A stretch of 48,393 nucleotides of DNA from a virus (Duplodnaviria > Heunggongvirae > Uroviricota > Caudoviricetes), in IMG/VR virus record IMGVR_UViG_2671181055_000011. The stretch is one strand, 5' to 3'. Numbering within the stretch: the first letter of the stretch is position 1; each line of letters begins with the position of its first letter. Of this stretch, positions 1 to 10,236 are shown in pieces. The notes under the pieces are model-generated. The model saw only the letters and a list, made by a program, of their open reading frames with translations. It was not told where the DNA came from and searched no databases. Both the position numbers and the translations under genes were made by a program.

Positions 1-1236
1 CTACGATAACCGCGCATTCAACATGGCTACCTGTTCGTCGTTCATGTCATCAATCCACATACCGTAAATTTCATACACCATCTGCGCAGTTTCATGCCCC
101 ATCTGGCTGGCTATAAACGCCGGGTTCGCTCCTGCCGTCAACAGCCAGCAGGCAAAAGTATGCCGCGTATGGTACGGATTACGGCGGCGAATACCAGCAC
201 GTTTTACTGCTGCATTCCATCTCGCACCCAAACTGCTTACCGAGTAATAAGGTTTCTGTTTTCCGTTACACACTCTGGGCATGAAAACAAAATGCAGTTT
301 TTGCTTTTCGGTTCTGCCGTACTCCCGATGATAAAAAGTGATTTCGCTTTTGCGATGATGCCCGGTCAGTTTGTATTGCTCCTTCAGTGCTTCAAGAGCA
401 GGCTGCAGTAGTGTTACCGTCCGGATCCCCGCATTTGTTTTTGGGGGACCGAACATATCCAGTATCGTCAGGTTTCTTCTGACATTCACAACTCCCTTCT
501 CGAAATCCACATCCTCCCACGCCAGAGCAGCCAGTTCCCCGTGACGAAGCCCGGAGTATACGGCAAATTTCCACAAGTTCTGGCTCTGTCCTTTTTCACT
601 TTCCATTAATGCATTGAATTCTGTTTTAGATAACGGGTCAGGCTTTATTCTGTTTCTCTGTAATTTCTTTACTCCTTCAAATGGTTTGGTTGATATAAAT
701 CCCGACTGATACGCAAAACGTAACAACGAACAGAGCAGGGCGATATAGTTATCAACTGTGCGCACGGTTCTTCCTTTTTTGTTGGATCTTGGATTATCCA
801 GGTAAAGCGTTTCTCCATGCAGCAGTTCATTCCGGTAGTTTAAGATATCGCTATAACGAATATGCGATATCGGAGTACTCTCACAAATTATTATCCTGAG
901 TGTTTTTAATTGTGATTTCGTTTTCTTCATTGTGTTTGTTGTTAACTCTGTTTCTTTAATTTTTGTCCAGATATCACAAAGCTCCCCGAACGTTTTTATG
1001 ACCCTCGTTGTCACCATTTTTGCCCCAGTGCTGGACTGGGGAAAACGTCTTAAATACTCAAACTCACCGGAATTGATTTCATGAACTATCAACGCTCTTA
1101 AATTCCCGGCTTTTTTAATGTTACTGTTAGTAACCTCCCAGCCTTTCAATGTTTCCCGACATCGTTTTCCTCGAAACATGAACCAGATGCGAATGTATTT
1201 ACCTCGAATCTCGACACCTGTTGGTAATTTAGACAT
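1..1236 (-). CDS. intR: Phage integrase, tyrosine recombinase (Rac IntR-like)
   Basis: 411-aa ORF; C-terminal tyrosine-recombinase-like region (HTRHT...Y); followed by xis in the typical int-xis arrangement; length matches K-12 IntR from memory. Confidence 0.85.
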   Translation of the reverse strand: MSKLPTGVEIRGKYIRIWFMFRGKRCRETLKGWEVTNSNIKKAGNLRALIVHEINSGEFEYLRRFPQSSTGAKMVTTRVIKTFGELCDIWTKIKETELTTNTMKKTKSQLKTLRIIICESTPISHIRYSDILNYRNELLHGETLYLDNPRSNKKGRTVRTVDNYIALLCSLLRFAYQSGFISTKPFEGVKKLQRNRIKPDPLSKTEFNALMESEKGQSQNLWKFAVYSGLRHGELAALAWEDVDFEKGVVNVRRNLTILDMFGPPKTNAGIRTVTLLQPALEALKEQYKLTGHHRKSEITFYHREYGRTEKQKLHFVFMPRVCNGKQKPYYSVSSLGARWNAAVKRAGIRRRNPYHTRHTFACWLLTAGANPAFIASQMGHETAQMVYEIYGMWIDDMNDEQVAMLNARLS

Positions 1237-1237
1237 A

Positions 1238-1453
1238 TCATGAGTCTTTGATAAACTGATTTATCTTTGGATAGTTATACCAGATAATCCCTCGCTTACT
1301 GTCTGGCTTCCCTAAAGGAGATACTCGTTTGAAGTGGAAGCCTTCCACCCAACAGTTCTGGCGGTATGCTTCAATTTGTCTGGCCCCCAGACCAGTGCGA
1401 AGCATCAGGCCGTATTCAACCATCCACTCTTCATTAAAGATTACTTGTGCCAT
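1238..1453 (-). CDS. xisR: Excisionase-like protein (start taken at [10 protein letters not shown]; ORF extends to 1477)
   Basis: Small ORF immediately upstream of int with 2-nt spacing; sequence recalled as Rac XisR/YdaQ. Confidence 0.7.
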   Translation of the reverse strand: MAQVIFNEEWMVEYGLMLRTGLGARQIEAYRQNCWVEGFHFKRVSPLGKPDSKRGIIWYNYPKINQFIKDS

Positions 1454-1552
1454 CGCATCACCTCTGGCAGGCGCCAATGTTAGACTTAAATTGACGCCCG
1501 ATGTTGATTATTAATAATCAGCTATGAAGTTTTAATTTGAATACAATGCAAT

Positions 1553-1753
1553 TCACGAGGACTGAAGTTTCTCGCAATTAAAATTTATCAGTTTTACTTT
1601 CTGCTCTCTGGAAACGCCTGCTTCTTTTTTACCTGAGAGCATTTTTTCGCATTCTGATTTCGTTAGTTTAGATTTTGAATATCTTGTCCAGTTAGTAGGA
1701 GTGCCACCTTCCTTTTCAATAGTGGCGGTAATTTTATACATGAACACCTCCAT
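1553..1753 (-). CDS. ydaC: Small hypothetical protein (YdaC-like); start uncertain (ATG at 1753 or 1741; ORF extends to 1813)
   Basis: ORF in the position of Rac ydaC; Lys/Glu-rich. Confidence 0.45.
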   Translation of the reverse strand: MEVFMYKITATIEKEGGTPTNWTRYSKSKLTKSECEKMLSGKKEAGVSREQKVKLINFNCEKLQSS

Positions 1754-1928
1754 TATTATTTCCAGTGGTTCGTTTATTTCATCGTTCGAGTGCTTCTTTT
1801 TCACTTCCACCATAACCGGTTCGGGATTCGCATCCGTTACACTTCGCTCGGTAATATCCTGAAATGGCTTTCACCGTTACTGATGGACAACCACAAAATG
1901 GACATGGTTTAACATTGTCATATCTCAT
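1734..1928 (-). pseudogene. ralR: Restriction-alleviation protein RalR/Lar homolog interrupted by in-frame TGA at codon 50 (1779-1781); the intact reading frame would end at 1734
   Basis: ATG at 1928 gives MRYDNVKPCPFCGCPSVTVKAISGYYRAKCNGCESRTGYGGSEKEALER then TGA; the same frame continues NKRTTGNNNGGVHV to TAA at 1734-1736, matching the recalled 64-aa K-12 RalR except W50 becomes stop. Confidence 0.55.
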
Positions 1929-1983
1929 AATTTTTCTCATAAAAATATTTCAAGTTGGCGGTGCATTACACCGCCAGGCTGAA

Positions 1984-2793
1984 TTATTCCTCTGAATTAT
2001 CGATTACACTGTATTCCCCGGTTAATACAGAGGAATCTGCAGGATCGATTGTCAGTGGTTCCTTTTCATCCATTGATACTGCACGCTGGATCTCAATTGA
2101 TACGGGCAGATATTTGAACAGGCGACGAATAGCCGTTTTCTTTGCCATTTCTTCCCAGTGAGTTACCCACGGCCCGTTATTACCAGCTTTACTCTGGCTG
2201 CGCACCAGCTCAATCTGTTTGCGCGTCATAACTTCAAACTGAGTACCTCCGTCTTTCAGTCTTGCGACAGCATAGACGTGGGTAACAGGGGCATCTTCGT
2301 TTTCTCCTGGGCGGTGTATTAACTTTTCATCAAGGCCAAATTCGAAATTAAACTCGTCACCTTCACGGACAACACGGGCTGACAGGCTGGCGATTTGACC
2401 TGAACGGCGAGCCAGATCAATCATGCCGCGATAGCCAATGATTAGCTGAACGTTTTTTTTACCGCTCTTTTCGTTTTTATTACCAAAAGGCAGTAAATAT
2501 GCATGACCGAGGGCGCTACCGGGCTCAAGTCCGAGCTGTGAACACTGTACGATTGCACTGACAAAACTCATAGTGTCACAGTTTCCTAACGCCGGAACTT
2601 TACGAATTTCTGTGGTGGCGATACGGATCATACGTTCAGCCGTCATATGGCGTGGAAGAGCTGCTGCCAGTTGCTCTTTCATTGATGGCTGGTTAATAAA
2701 ACTAATCACGTCGTTATTTTTAATTGCTGCTGGTGCACGGTTTCCCTGAGTTTTTTGCAGATCGGCTTTTGCGATTGGTGGTTGCTTAGTCAT
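1984..2793 (-). CDS. recT: RecT single-strand annealing protein (start at [12 protein letters not shown]; ORF extends to 2850)
   Basis: Translation matches recalled RecT; start overlaps recE stop by 8 nt. Confidence 0.9.
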   Translation of the reverse strand: MTKQPPIAKADLQKTQGNRAPAAIKNNDVISFINQPSMKEQLAAALPRHMTAERMIRIATTEIRKVPALGNCDTMSFVSAIVQCSQLGLEPGSALGHAYLLPFGNKNEKSGKKNVQLIIGYRGMIDLARRSGQIASLSARVVREGDEFNFEFGLDEKLIHRPGENEDAPVTHVYAVARLKDGGTQFEVMTRKQIELVRSQSKAGNNGPWVTHWEEMAKKTAIRRLFKYLPVSIEIQRAVSMDEKEPLTIDPADSSVLTGEYSVIDNSEE

Positions 2794-5386
2794 TTGCATA
2801 TTCCTTAGCCCAGCGGGGCAGTGATAACGTCTTAATAGCTGGCCATTCATCGGTATTGAGGCAGTCAGCCAGGGTTCGCAGATTGCGGTGATATTCCAGC
2901 TGACCTGCCAGTTTTGCTTCTTCGCCCATCATGAAAATTTCAACCGGATAACGTCCGCATTCAATAGTTGTGCTGGCAACCAGAAAAACGAAAGTTGGCT
3001 GCACTCCAAACTGTGCTTCATAACCGTCACTGTAGAATGCATCCTGAACGTGATAGCGGTAGTCGTAATAAGCGGTTTTGAATCGTTGAATATCCGCCGT
3101 AGTTTTCACGTCCATGATCCAGTGAAATTCAGGGATAATTTTGTCCGGACGGCACCGACACAAAATTGCTGTTTCAGGATCTTCCCAGTAAATTGATGAT
3201 TCAGCGTGTCCGGCGCTTTCAACAAGCCATTGCCCCAGCGGCAAAGCCATAACGCTCTGATACATGAGTTCAATTTTCCGGCCTTCTTCGGCAGTGATAA
3301 CCGTTTTTCCTGTGCTTGCGCATTCCCTCAGAAACGCTTTCTCTTCTTCTTTTCCGGAGTTTGTCCGGCGGTTAAATTCAGGTGCTACGATAAAGCGGTT
3401 ACTGAATTCTTCCGGCTCAAGTACCCGGCAGTGGAAAGCGGTTCCTAAATCGAGCGTTTTTGTCTTTGTGGTGTCCACGGGGGCATTTTTACGCCACAAA
3501 TACAGTGCCGGAGTATCAGCAATGTCATCGAGCTGAGACTTACTGACACCGGGACCCGCGTGGTAATTCTCATTCGAAATTCCGTAATAAATACCTGGCT
3601 CTATGTCTTCTACGATTACGGGATCTGCGACTTCGCCAGTTTCATCACTGCAATCGCGATGCGGATCGCTGCCAGCATTCTCATTGTGCGGATGTTCAGC
3701 GCCTTCCATTTCCTCCGGATCATTTTCCTTAGCTTCAACCTGACTCTCTTCATCGAATGTTTCCTGGTATGTTGCGTCGCCCATCACCGCACCACAGTCA
3801 GGGCAGTTATCCCCGCCAGTCTGGCCGCAGGCATTGCAGGCTATTTCCGGTTCCTGTTGCACTACTGGCTCAGGTTGATTCATATCCGGGCTGGTTTTTT
3901 CCGTTTCTGGCTGGTTCTGGTACACACAATCGCGAGTCTGGATCCCCTTTACCCATTTCGGATCGTTCGGGTCGCTAATTCCGTCAACAAATTCACCACG
4001 TGATGCAGCAAGCAATTTATCGGCATCGACAGGATTTTTTGATGGAATGTTTTTCCGGGCTTCATGGAGTTCTGCCCGCAGTTCCTGATATTTCGCATCA
4101 ACAGAATTTACCTGTGACTGAGCATCCAGCGGCTGCGTGTCCTGATGATGTTCAGTTGCGTCCGGTTCCATTGTTTCAGCCTCTCCCTGTTCAACTGCCG
4201 TTGTTCCAGATGGTTGCGGTTTTTCTTCATCATCCTGTTTTCCTTCTTCTGTTACTCGCTGCGGCATCGGGGCAGAGGAGCGACCGCAGGCAATATCCAC
4301 GATTTCCGGATCAGGGTTGGCATGATCGGTTTCAGTCAGTACTTTGTTCAGATATTCAGTGACGTGCGCGGGGATGACCTCGATCCCAATTGGTGCTTCT
4401 TTTACGGACGCAACCACGATGGCGCGGGAATAATCCAGCCCGCCAGGCATGGTGATGAATTTGTCGCGGAAAACAGAAAAGGGCGGTTTATTTTCAGCGA
4501 TAATTTCCTCAATGCGTTTAGCGTGTGCCGGATGAAGGTTATAGATGTCCAGATCCATTGAACGGGCCAGTACGCCAGTGGCTACGTCCCGCGCCAGTGA
4601 CGTCAGATCGTGTACGAAACCTTCGCCGCGATCGGTGAGGTTTCCGCCGCCAGCATTAGCACCGGAAGCCGTGCGAGTGATGTGTGAAACACGATTACCC
4701 TTCATCCACTCTTTTGTCAGCAGTCCTCGATCGGTGTAGTCAGCGTTCAGGTATGCTTCGAAAAAAGCAGTTATCAGTCCCAGGTTTGAATTACCAGGAT
4801 TAGGGAAAACTTTGTCAGTGTCACGAACCAGTTTGTGGAGTTCGCGAATTTCCAGCGGGTCGAGCAGGCTGGTTTTGTGGGAAACAGCCAGGGCAGTAAC
4901 AGCCGGTAGTTCTTCAGCCCGAGCAATGTGTAATGCCTGGAGTCCGTCGCGTGAAACGTGCGTTACCGGTTTTTCGCTGCCGTGTTGAGCAAGCCAACGA
5001 ATGGGCAGTTCCTGGCCAGAAATTGGGAGTAGCATATTCTCCTCAATCTCAGTCATGTCTTCGCCGTTGACGTTGGTATTGCCTTGATAGTGAGCGTTGT
5101 CTGGTGCTGCTCCCGGTTTTAGTTCCCATGTCATGGAGTCTTTGCTGAGTTGATAGCGTTCACTCCAGGTAAAATCGATCTCACCTTCAGCGGGCAGGTC
5201 ATTAACGACAGGAAAATTCGTGGCAACAGCTTTAAAATAGCTGCTCAGTTTTTTACCTGACTTAACGATCAGGTAGTCCAGAGTGGCACAGGTCGATTCA
5301 AAATCGTTGCTTGCCCACAGGACGACGTCAGGTTCACCGGATGATTTTTTCGCTTTCCGTAACAGGAAGAGTGGTTTTGTGCTCAT
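2786..5386 (-). CDS. recE: RecE exonuclease VIII
   Basis: 866-aa ORF directly upstream of and overlapping recT; length equals K-12 RecE from memory. Confidence 0.9.
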   Translation of the reverse strand: MSTKPLFLLRKAKKSSGEPDVVLWASNDFESTCATLDYLIVKSGKKLSSYFKAVATNFPVVNDLPAEGEIDFTWSERYQLSKDSMTWELKPGAAPDNAHYQGNTNVNGEDMTEIEENMLLPISGQELPIRWLAQHGSEKPVTHVSRDGLQALHIARAEELPAVTALAVSHKTSLLDPLEIRELHKLVRDTDKVFPNPGNSNLGLITAFFEAYLNADYTDRGLLTKEWMKGNRVSHITRTASGANAGGGNLTDRGEGFVHDLTSLARDVATGVLARSMDLDIYNLHPAHAKRIEEIIAENKPPFSVFRDKFITMPGGLDYSRAIVVASVKEAPIGIEVIPAHVTEYLNKVLTETDHANPDPEIVDIACGRSSAPMPQRVTEEGKQDDEEKPQPSGTTAVEQGEAETMEPDATEHHQDTQPLDAQSQVNSVDAKYQELRAELHEARKNIPSKNPVDADKLLAASRGEFVDGISDPNDPKWVKGIQTRDCVYQNQPETEKTSPDMNQPEPVVQQEPEIACNACGQTGGDNCPDCGAVMGDATYQETFDEESQVEAKENDPEEMEGAEHPHNENAGSDPHRDCSDETGEVADPVIVEDIEPGIYYGISNENYHAGPGVSKSQLDDIADTPALYLWRKNAPVDTTKTKTLDLGTAFHCRVLEPEEFSNRFIVAPEFNRRTNSGKEEEKAFLRECASTGKTVITAEEGRKIELMYQSVMALPLGQWLVESAGHAESSIYWEDPETAILCRCRPDKIIPEFHWIMDVKTTADIQRFKTAYYDYRYHVQDAFYSDGYEAQFGVQPTFVFLVASTTIECGRYPVEIFMMGEEAKLAGQLEYHRNLRTLADCLNTDEWPAIKTLSLPRWAKEYAND

Positions 5387-5460
5387 TGTTTTTTAACCTC
5401 AACTCAGATTAAAATTCGTTTTGTTCAGTGAATGATCTTGCCGGATACACACTGTTCATA

Positions 5461-5490
5461 GCCTGCGCCATACGCAGGCTATTTCTTTCA
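5461..5490 (+). terminator. Hairpin (agcctgcg/cgcaggct, 8-bp stem) with T-rich 3' side between recE and racC
   Basis: Inverted repeat 5461-5468/5474-5481 followed by atttctttc; lies in the region whose rearrangement (sbcA) activates recE in K-12. Confidence 0.3.
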
Positions 5491-5763
5491 GATTTCACCT
5501 TTTAATTTCATTGCAATTAGAGTTGCCAGAAATTCGGCTTTTTTTTCTGCGGGCAGATTCTTTCCGATATGCACCAGGCACATTTTTTTGACACCTTCAT
5601 CAAGTGTTTTTACGTTGCCTGATGGACCATCGATATCAACCACAGTGAATGGGGTTTCTTTATTTTCTGTTTTAATTACGTAGCCAATGCGCTTTCCTTC
5701 CAGATTCACCTCGTGAACAATGTCATCGGTAGTTACAACAGTGGCTTCATAATTGGTAATCAT
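5488..5763 (-). CDS. racC: RacC protein (start at MITNYEATVV; ORF extends to 5811)
   Basis: Translation matches recalled 91-aa RacC; GGAG-type RBS upstream of ATG at 5763. Confidence 0.8.
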   Translation of the reverse strand: MITNYEATVVTTDDIVHEVNLEGKRIGYVIKTENKETPFTVVDIDGPSGNVKTLDEGVKKMCLVHIGKNLPAEKKAEFLATLIAMKLKGEI

Positions 5764-5837
5764 GTTTTTCTCCTTAATTAAGGTTGAGCGAATACCTGCC
5801 ATTTCTGGCATAAATTCAGTTTCGAATAGTCAATTAA

Positions 5838-6008
5838 TTAAAGTTCATGTGCCATCTGGTCTTTTTCGGCACAAGCTTCACTGCAATATTTTCTCGGTTC
5901 GTCTTTTGATAAAATCCCGTGCATGAAGTGAAGCATTCTTTCAATAGCTTTGCTTTCTTCAACGTCTTTTTTGCAAAGGTGGTAAGCACATTTTATTTTC
6001 TTAGTCAT
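5838..6008 (-). CDS. ydaE: Small Cys-containing protein (YdaE-like, 56 aa); not in the ORF track (below 60 aa)
   Basis: Translated by hand: [56 protein letters not shown]; ATG overlaps kilR stop (ATGA). Confidence 0.6.
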   Translation of the reverse strand: MTKKIKCAYHLCKKDVEESKAIERMLHFMHGILSKDEPRKYCSEACAEKDQMAHEL

Positions 6009-6229
6009 CACCATGACTCCGCCTTTACAGGTAAACCATCACGACCGAGGAAGACTTTAATCATGCGGTCAGTAATGCATGTTTTTGTGGTCAGGTTACG
6101 AATATATAGTTTTCGCTTTTTAATATTGTTTGCCGAGGCAATATATGTCCGGCCTTCATGAAGAACATAATCGCCAGGAGTCACACACTGACGTGGTATT
6201 TCATCAGTTCCGAAGTGATGTGCAATCAT
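6008..6229 (-). CDS. kilR: KilR, FtsZ-targeting killing protein of Rac (start at [10 protein letters not shown]; ORF extends to 6241)
   Basis: Translation matches recalled 73-aa KilR. Confidence 0.8.
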   Translation of the reverse strand: MIAHHFGTDEIPRQCVTPGDYVLHEGRTYIASANNIKKRKLYIRNLTTKTCITDRMIKVFLGRDGLPVKAESW

Positions 6230-6670
6230 AATTATCTCCATTTTTACAAATGAACTTTGTTGATGCGGTGCCTGGTGCCTCCAGGTGACTGCAACCAGTT
6301 AACAATTACAGTCGGCTTTCCCACCCAAACCAATAAGGACTAACATGACTTTTAACTGTGCCACGTGCGCTTAGCCGCATTCACCGCATCACAAAATTCA
6401 CTTTAAAAAGGGCGGACATCAGCCGAACTTCAAGAAAAAAACTGATGCCGCCAGGACTACACACAGCAATGTCGTTATTTACAACCGGAGGCGCACTCCC
6501 ACCATTTAAATTTAACAGACAAGACCGACTCTTTATGGATATCGGAAATGCGCCTTCGTGTTGTGCCCGGTTTTATTTCACCACCTCCGGGCTTCGGTGG
6601 TCTCGGCTATACCCCTACAGCGAGAGCTTGTGTTAACATTTCAATACCCTTACAGTTGAGAGTTATTGAT

Positions 6671-7159
6671 ATGTTGGATGTATTTACTCCATTGTTGAAA
6701 CTTTTTGCTAACGAGCCACTCGAAATACTTATGTATACGATTATCATTTTTGGTCTCACTCTCTGGCTGATACCGAAAGAGTTTACTGTCGCATTCAATG
6801 CTTATACTGAAATACCTTGGCTCTTTCAGATTATCGTTTTTGCCTTTTCTTTCGTGGTCGCCATTTCCTTCTCAAGATTGCGAGCACATATTCAAAAGCA
6901 TTATTCATTACTACCAGAGCAACGAGTATTGCTTCGTTTATCTGAGAAAGAAATCGCTGTATTTAAAGATTTCCTTAAAACAGGAAATCTTATTATCACT
7001 TCTCCTTGCCGTAACCCGGTTATGAAAAAATTAGAACGGAAGGGCATCATTCAACATCAGAGTGATAGCGCAAACTGTTCTTATTATCTCGTCACCGAAA
7101 AATACTCCCATTTTATGAAGTTATTCTGGAACAGCAGGAGTAGACGTTTTAATCGTTAG
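6671..7159 (+). CDS. sieB: SieB superinfection exclusion protein (membrane protein, 162 aa)
   Basis: Start at MLDVFTPLL inside ORF 6548-7159; hydrophobic N-terminal half; length matches K-12 SieB from memory. Confidence 0.8.
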   Translation: MLDVFTPLLKLFANEPLEILMYTIIIFGLTLWLIPKEFTVAFNAYTEIPWLFQIIVFAFSFVVAISFSRLRAHIQKHYSLLPEQRVLLRLSEKEIAVFKDFLKTGNLIITSPCRNPVMKKLERKGIIQHQSDSANCSYYLVTEKYSHFMKLFWNSRSRRFNR

Positions 7160-7321
7160 CTTACTGTGTGCTTCTCCAACCATCGGCGCGCACCAGTTTC
7201 GGTTTTAAATGTTTTGCTTTTGGTATACGTCATGGCAGTGAACGTTCCATCCTGGTTGGGGAACACGCCGCACACCAGGGATTCGTTGTTGCCGAGGTCG
7301 ATTTTTTGCATTTTGCGAATC

Positions 7322-7456
7322 TCACATCTTGTTGCTGTGTATAGCGACTTCTGCCTGCCAGAGATCCCAGTCGTTGCTGCGTAAAGCCTGCACAGCCTGG
7401 TTGTAAGTGATACCGCAACAATCCATCAAATACTGAACTACTTCGTAATGCACCAT
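7322..7456 (-). CDS. ydaF: Small hypothetical protein (YdaF-like); start uncertain (ORF extends to 7504)
   Basis: Small ORF in the position of Rac ydaF between sieB and racR. Confidence 0.4.
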   Translation of the reverse strand: MVHYEVVQYLMDCCGITYNQAVQALRSNDWDLWQAEVAIHSNKM

Positions 7457-7629
7457 CTTATCTCTCCCCTTAACGCCGGGTGGCGGAACTGAAACCTGCT
7501 GCACTGCAAAATCTGAACCCTGCCGTCATGTTCATACGCCTCGGGCTGGCTACTTAACCCCTGACCACTGCCTGGTAACTCGAAGTATTGCCCTGCGTTC
7601 TGTGGGGCGGGGTGGGTTGGTAGGTATAT

Positions 7630-7672
7630 AATGTACTTTGTGTTCATTGATGTAAAGTACTATAAGTACATT
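7630..7672. promoter_or_regulatory. Operator-like repeat cluster downstream of racR (OL-like): aatgtactt, palindromic agtact, and inverted aagtacatt
   Basis: atgtact at 7631-7637; its reverse complement agtacat at 7665-7671; palindrome agtact at 7656-7661; same 7-mer recurs in the racR/ydaS intergenic region. Confidence 0.4.
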
Positions 7673-7746
7673 TTGTGTGTAAAAAAATGAGATGGGATAA
7701 AGTGAAGCACAAACCCGGAGGGGGACGCTACCGGATTTATGCTGGT

Positions 7747-8184
7747 TTAAGAGGCTTTTTGTTTTTTCTTTCGTGCTAGCTCTTCGTAAATTGCATTGTA
7801 CTTCTGTTTTTTCTCCTCAAGAGTTTTTAAAAGTTCATCTGTCTCACTGTCAGGGAGCTCGTCCAGAAGGTCAATGATGATTTTTTGTCTTGGATTTAAC
7901 TCCTGATAGAAACGTACCTGTCCACTTTCTTCTGTATCCTCTCCCAAAAGATAGGTTGGTGTTGTTCCAATGAGTGTTGCTAATTCCCTTAATTTCTCTC
8001 GGCGAGGAATTGTTTCGCCATTAAACCATTTGCTAACCGCTTTTGGTGTTAATTTCATTCGACGGGCAATTTCTGCCTGCCTTCCATGTTGTTCATAACC
8101 AGCGTTTTCACAGGCTAGCGCAAGCCTACTGGCGAACTCTTTACGCGCTTTATCTTCATGAACCATAAGTTCAATGATATTCAC
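7747..8184 (-). CDS. racR: RacR-like prophage repressor (XRE-family HTH); start GTG 8184 or ATG 8166
   Basis: HTH-like segment (QAEIARRMKLTPKAVSKWFNGE); divergent from the ydaS operon; position equals cI analog. Confidence 0.8.
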   Translation of the reverse strand: MNIIELMVHEDKARKEFASRLALACENAGYEQHGRQAEIARRMKLTPKAVSKWFNGETIPRREKLRELATLIGTTPTYLLGEDTEESGQVRFYQELNPRQKIIIDLLDELPDSETDELLKTLEEKKQKYNAIYEELARKKKQKAS

Positions 8185-8245
8185 TCTTGAATGTACTGTC
8201 AGTTCTGTTATAGCATGTACTCAAAGTTCACATTGTGAGGGTGAT
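8185..8245. promoter_or_regulatory. Divergent racR/ydaS control region (OR-like) with two direct atgtact repeats
   Basis: atgtact at 8191-8197 and 8215-8221, 24 bp apart, between divergently oriented repressor and cro-like genes. Confidence 0.45.
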
Positions 8246-8500
8246 ATGAACCAGAAAACACTTGAAGATGTAATCAAAACTGTTCGCGTTTCTGTTGTGG
8301 CCGACGTTTGTGGTGTCAGCCAAAGAGCAATCTACAAATGGATGGATAACGGAAAATTGCCTCGCACAGAATATACCGGCGAAACAAATTACGCTGAAAA
8401 AATCGCTCATGCATCAAACGGATTATTTTCTGCTGATGTAATTTTAACTATTGGCAGAAATAAAACTACTACGAAAAAGCTGATGGGAGTTGATTCATGA
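8246..8500 (+). CDS. ydaS: YdaS-like Cro/antitoxin-type HTH protein (ATG at 8246; ORF extends to 8174)
   Basis: HTH-like segment (VSQRAIYKWMDNGKLP); GAGGG RBS upstream of ATG 8246. Confidence 0.7.
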   Translation: MNQKTLEDVIKTVRVSVVADVCGVSQRAIYKWMDNGKLPRTEYTGETNYAEKIAHASNGLFSADVILTIGRNKTTTKKLMGVDS

Positions 8501-8919
8501 AAATCAAGCATGAGCACATCGAGTCAGTGTTGTTAGCCCTGGCAGCCGAAAAAGGGCAGGCATGGGTAGCCAATGCCATTACTGAAGAATATCTGCGCCA
8601 GGGGGGCGGCGAATTGCCCCTGGTACCAGGCAAGGACTGGAATAATCAGCAGAATATCTATCACCGTTGGTTGAAAGGTGAAACGAAAACGCAAAGAGAA
8701 AAAATTCAGAAGCTGATCCCAGCAATTCTGGCAATCCTTCCGCGCGAGCTGCGTCACCGACTCTGCATCTTCGATACCCTGGAACGCCGTGCATTACTGG
8801 CGGCGCAGGAAGCGTTAAGTACGGCAATTGATGCGCATGATGATGCAGTCCAAGCCGTTTACCGGAAAGCGCATTTCAGCGGCGGCGGGTCTTCCGACGA
8901 TTCTGTCATTGTTCATTAA
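8497..8919 (+). CDS. ydaT: YdaT-like protein (140 aa)
   Basis: Overlaps ydaS stop by 4 nt; length and position match Rac ydaT. Confidence 0.7.
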   Translation: MKIKHEHIESVLLALAAEKGQAWVANAITEEYLRQGGGELPLVPGKDWNNQQNIYHRWLKGETKTQREKIQKLIPAILAILPRELRHRLCIFDTLERRALLAAQEALSTAIDAHDDAVQAVYRKAHFSGGGSSDDSVIVH

Positions 8920-8931
8920 GCAAAAGTTTCC

Positions 8932-9789
8932 ATGCTGTTTGTGCTTATTCTAAGCCACCGGGCAGCATCATACGGGGCAATTATGGCCGCATTACCATAC
9001 ATGCAACTGTACATAGCTGATTACCTGGCTGACACCATGCATTTGTCAGCAGAGGAGCATGGTGCGTATTTGTTGCTGATGTTCAATTACTGGCAAACAG
9101 GAAAGCCAATACCTAAAAACAGGCTGGCAAAAATTGCCCGTCTGACTAACGAGCGATGGGCTGATGTTGAACCATCCTTGCAGGAGTTTTTTTGCGATAA
9201 CGGCGAGGAATGGGTGCATCTTCGGATTGAGGAAGATCTGGCATCAGTCAGGGAAAAATTAACCAAAAAATCAGCCGCAGGAAAAGCATCTGTTCAGGCC
9301 AGAAGAAGCAGAAAGGAAGCAGATGTTCAAACAAAACAAGAGAGAAATTTAACAGGTGTTCAAACAGATGTTGAAGTGGTGTTTGAACATGATGTCAACA
9401 CAAAGGCAACTAATAAAGATACAGATAAAGATCTAAAAACAGATCCCCCCCTAAATCCCCCCCGGGGGAATCGAGGTGTCAAAAAGTTTGACCCTCTGGA
9501 TATTGCTTTGCCGAACTGGATTTCTGTCTCGCTTTGGCGTGAGTGGGTTGAATTTCGCCAGGCATTGCGAAAACCGATTCGAACGGAGCAGGGCGCTAAC
9601 GGGGCGATACGGGAGCTGGAAAAATTCCGCCAGCAGGGTTTTTCACCTGAGCAGGTGATTCGACACAGCATCGCCAATGAATACCAGGGCTTGTTCGCGC
9701 CGAAAGGTGTTCGACCTGAGACGTTACTCCGACAGGTTAACACCGTCTCGTTACCGGATAGTGCGATCCCGCCAGGCTTCAGGGGGTAA
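8932..9789 (+). CDS. ydaU: YdaU-like replication-region protein (285 aa)
   Basis: Position upstream of DnaC-like gene; length matches K-12 YdaU from memory. Confidence 0.65.
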   Translation: MLFVLILSHRAASYGAIMAALPYMQLYIADYLADTMHLSAEEHGAYLLLMFNYWQTGKPIPKNRLAKIARLTNERWADVEPSLQEFFCDNGEEWVHLRIEEDLASVREKLTKKSAAGKASVQARRSRKEADVQTKQERNLTGVQTDVEVVFEHDVNTKATNKDTDKDLKTDPPLNPPRGNRGVKKFDPLDIALPNWISVSLWREWVEFRQALRKPIRTEQGANGAIRELEKFRQQGFSPEQVIRHSIANEYQGLFAPKGVRPETLLRQVNTVSLPDSAIPPGFRG

Positions 9790-9795
9790 CTGACC

Positions 9796-10236
9796 ATGAA
9801 AAATATTGCGACAGGCGACGTTCTTGAACGTATCCGCAGACTGGCCCCGTCACATGTAACCGCGCCATTCAAGACGGTAGCGGAGTGGCGCGAGTGGCAA
9901 CTTTCCGAAGGCCAGAAACGTTGTGAGGAGATCAACCGTCAGAATCGTCAGTTGCGGGTGGAAAAAATTCTGAATCGCTCTGGCATCCAGCCATTGCACC
10001 GCAAATGCTCGTTTTCGAATTACCAGGTGCAGAACGAAGCGCAGCGATACGCGTTGAGTCAGGCGAAATCCATCGCTGATGAACTGATGACCGGGTGTAC
10101 AAATTTTGCGTTCAGCGGAAAACCTGGTACCGGGAAGAACCACTTAGCGGCAGCTATCGGGAATCGCCTGCTGAAAGACGGTCAGACAGTGATTGTGGTT
10201 ACCGTGGCTGATGTTATGAGTGCCCTGCACGCCAGC
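9796..10236 (+). CDS. ydaV: YdaV-like DnaC-family replication/helicase-loader ATPase, N-terminal part only; runs into N-run
   Basis: Walker A motif GKPGTGKNHLAAAIG; remainder masked by N-run 10237-10589. Confidence 0.75.

Noticed and set aside
2888-4739. Series of plus-strand ORFs (64-147 aa) overlapping recE
   Set aside because: Entirely antisense to the well-supported 866-aa recE frame; no RBS or conservation expected; typical shadow ORFs.
6358-6670. ORFs 6358-6636 and the 5' extension of the sieB frame (6548-6670)
   Set aside because: SieB-like sequence begins at ATG 6671; the upstream frame has no RBS and reads through the expected promoter region.
7438-7647. 69-aa minus-strand ORF overlapping ydaF (possible ydaG)
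   Set aside because: Overlaps the ydaF frame and the operator-like repeat cluster; start and identity could not be supported from sequence alone.
9360-9935. 191-aa minus-strand ORF over ydaU/ydaV junction
   Set aside because: Antisense to two co-linear replication-region genes; no start context.
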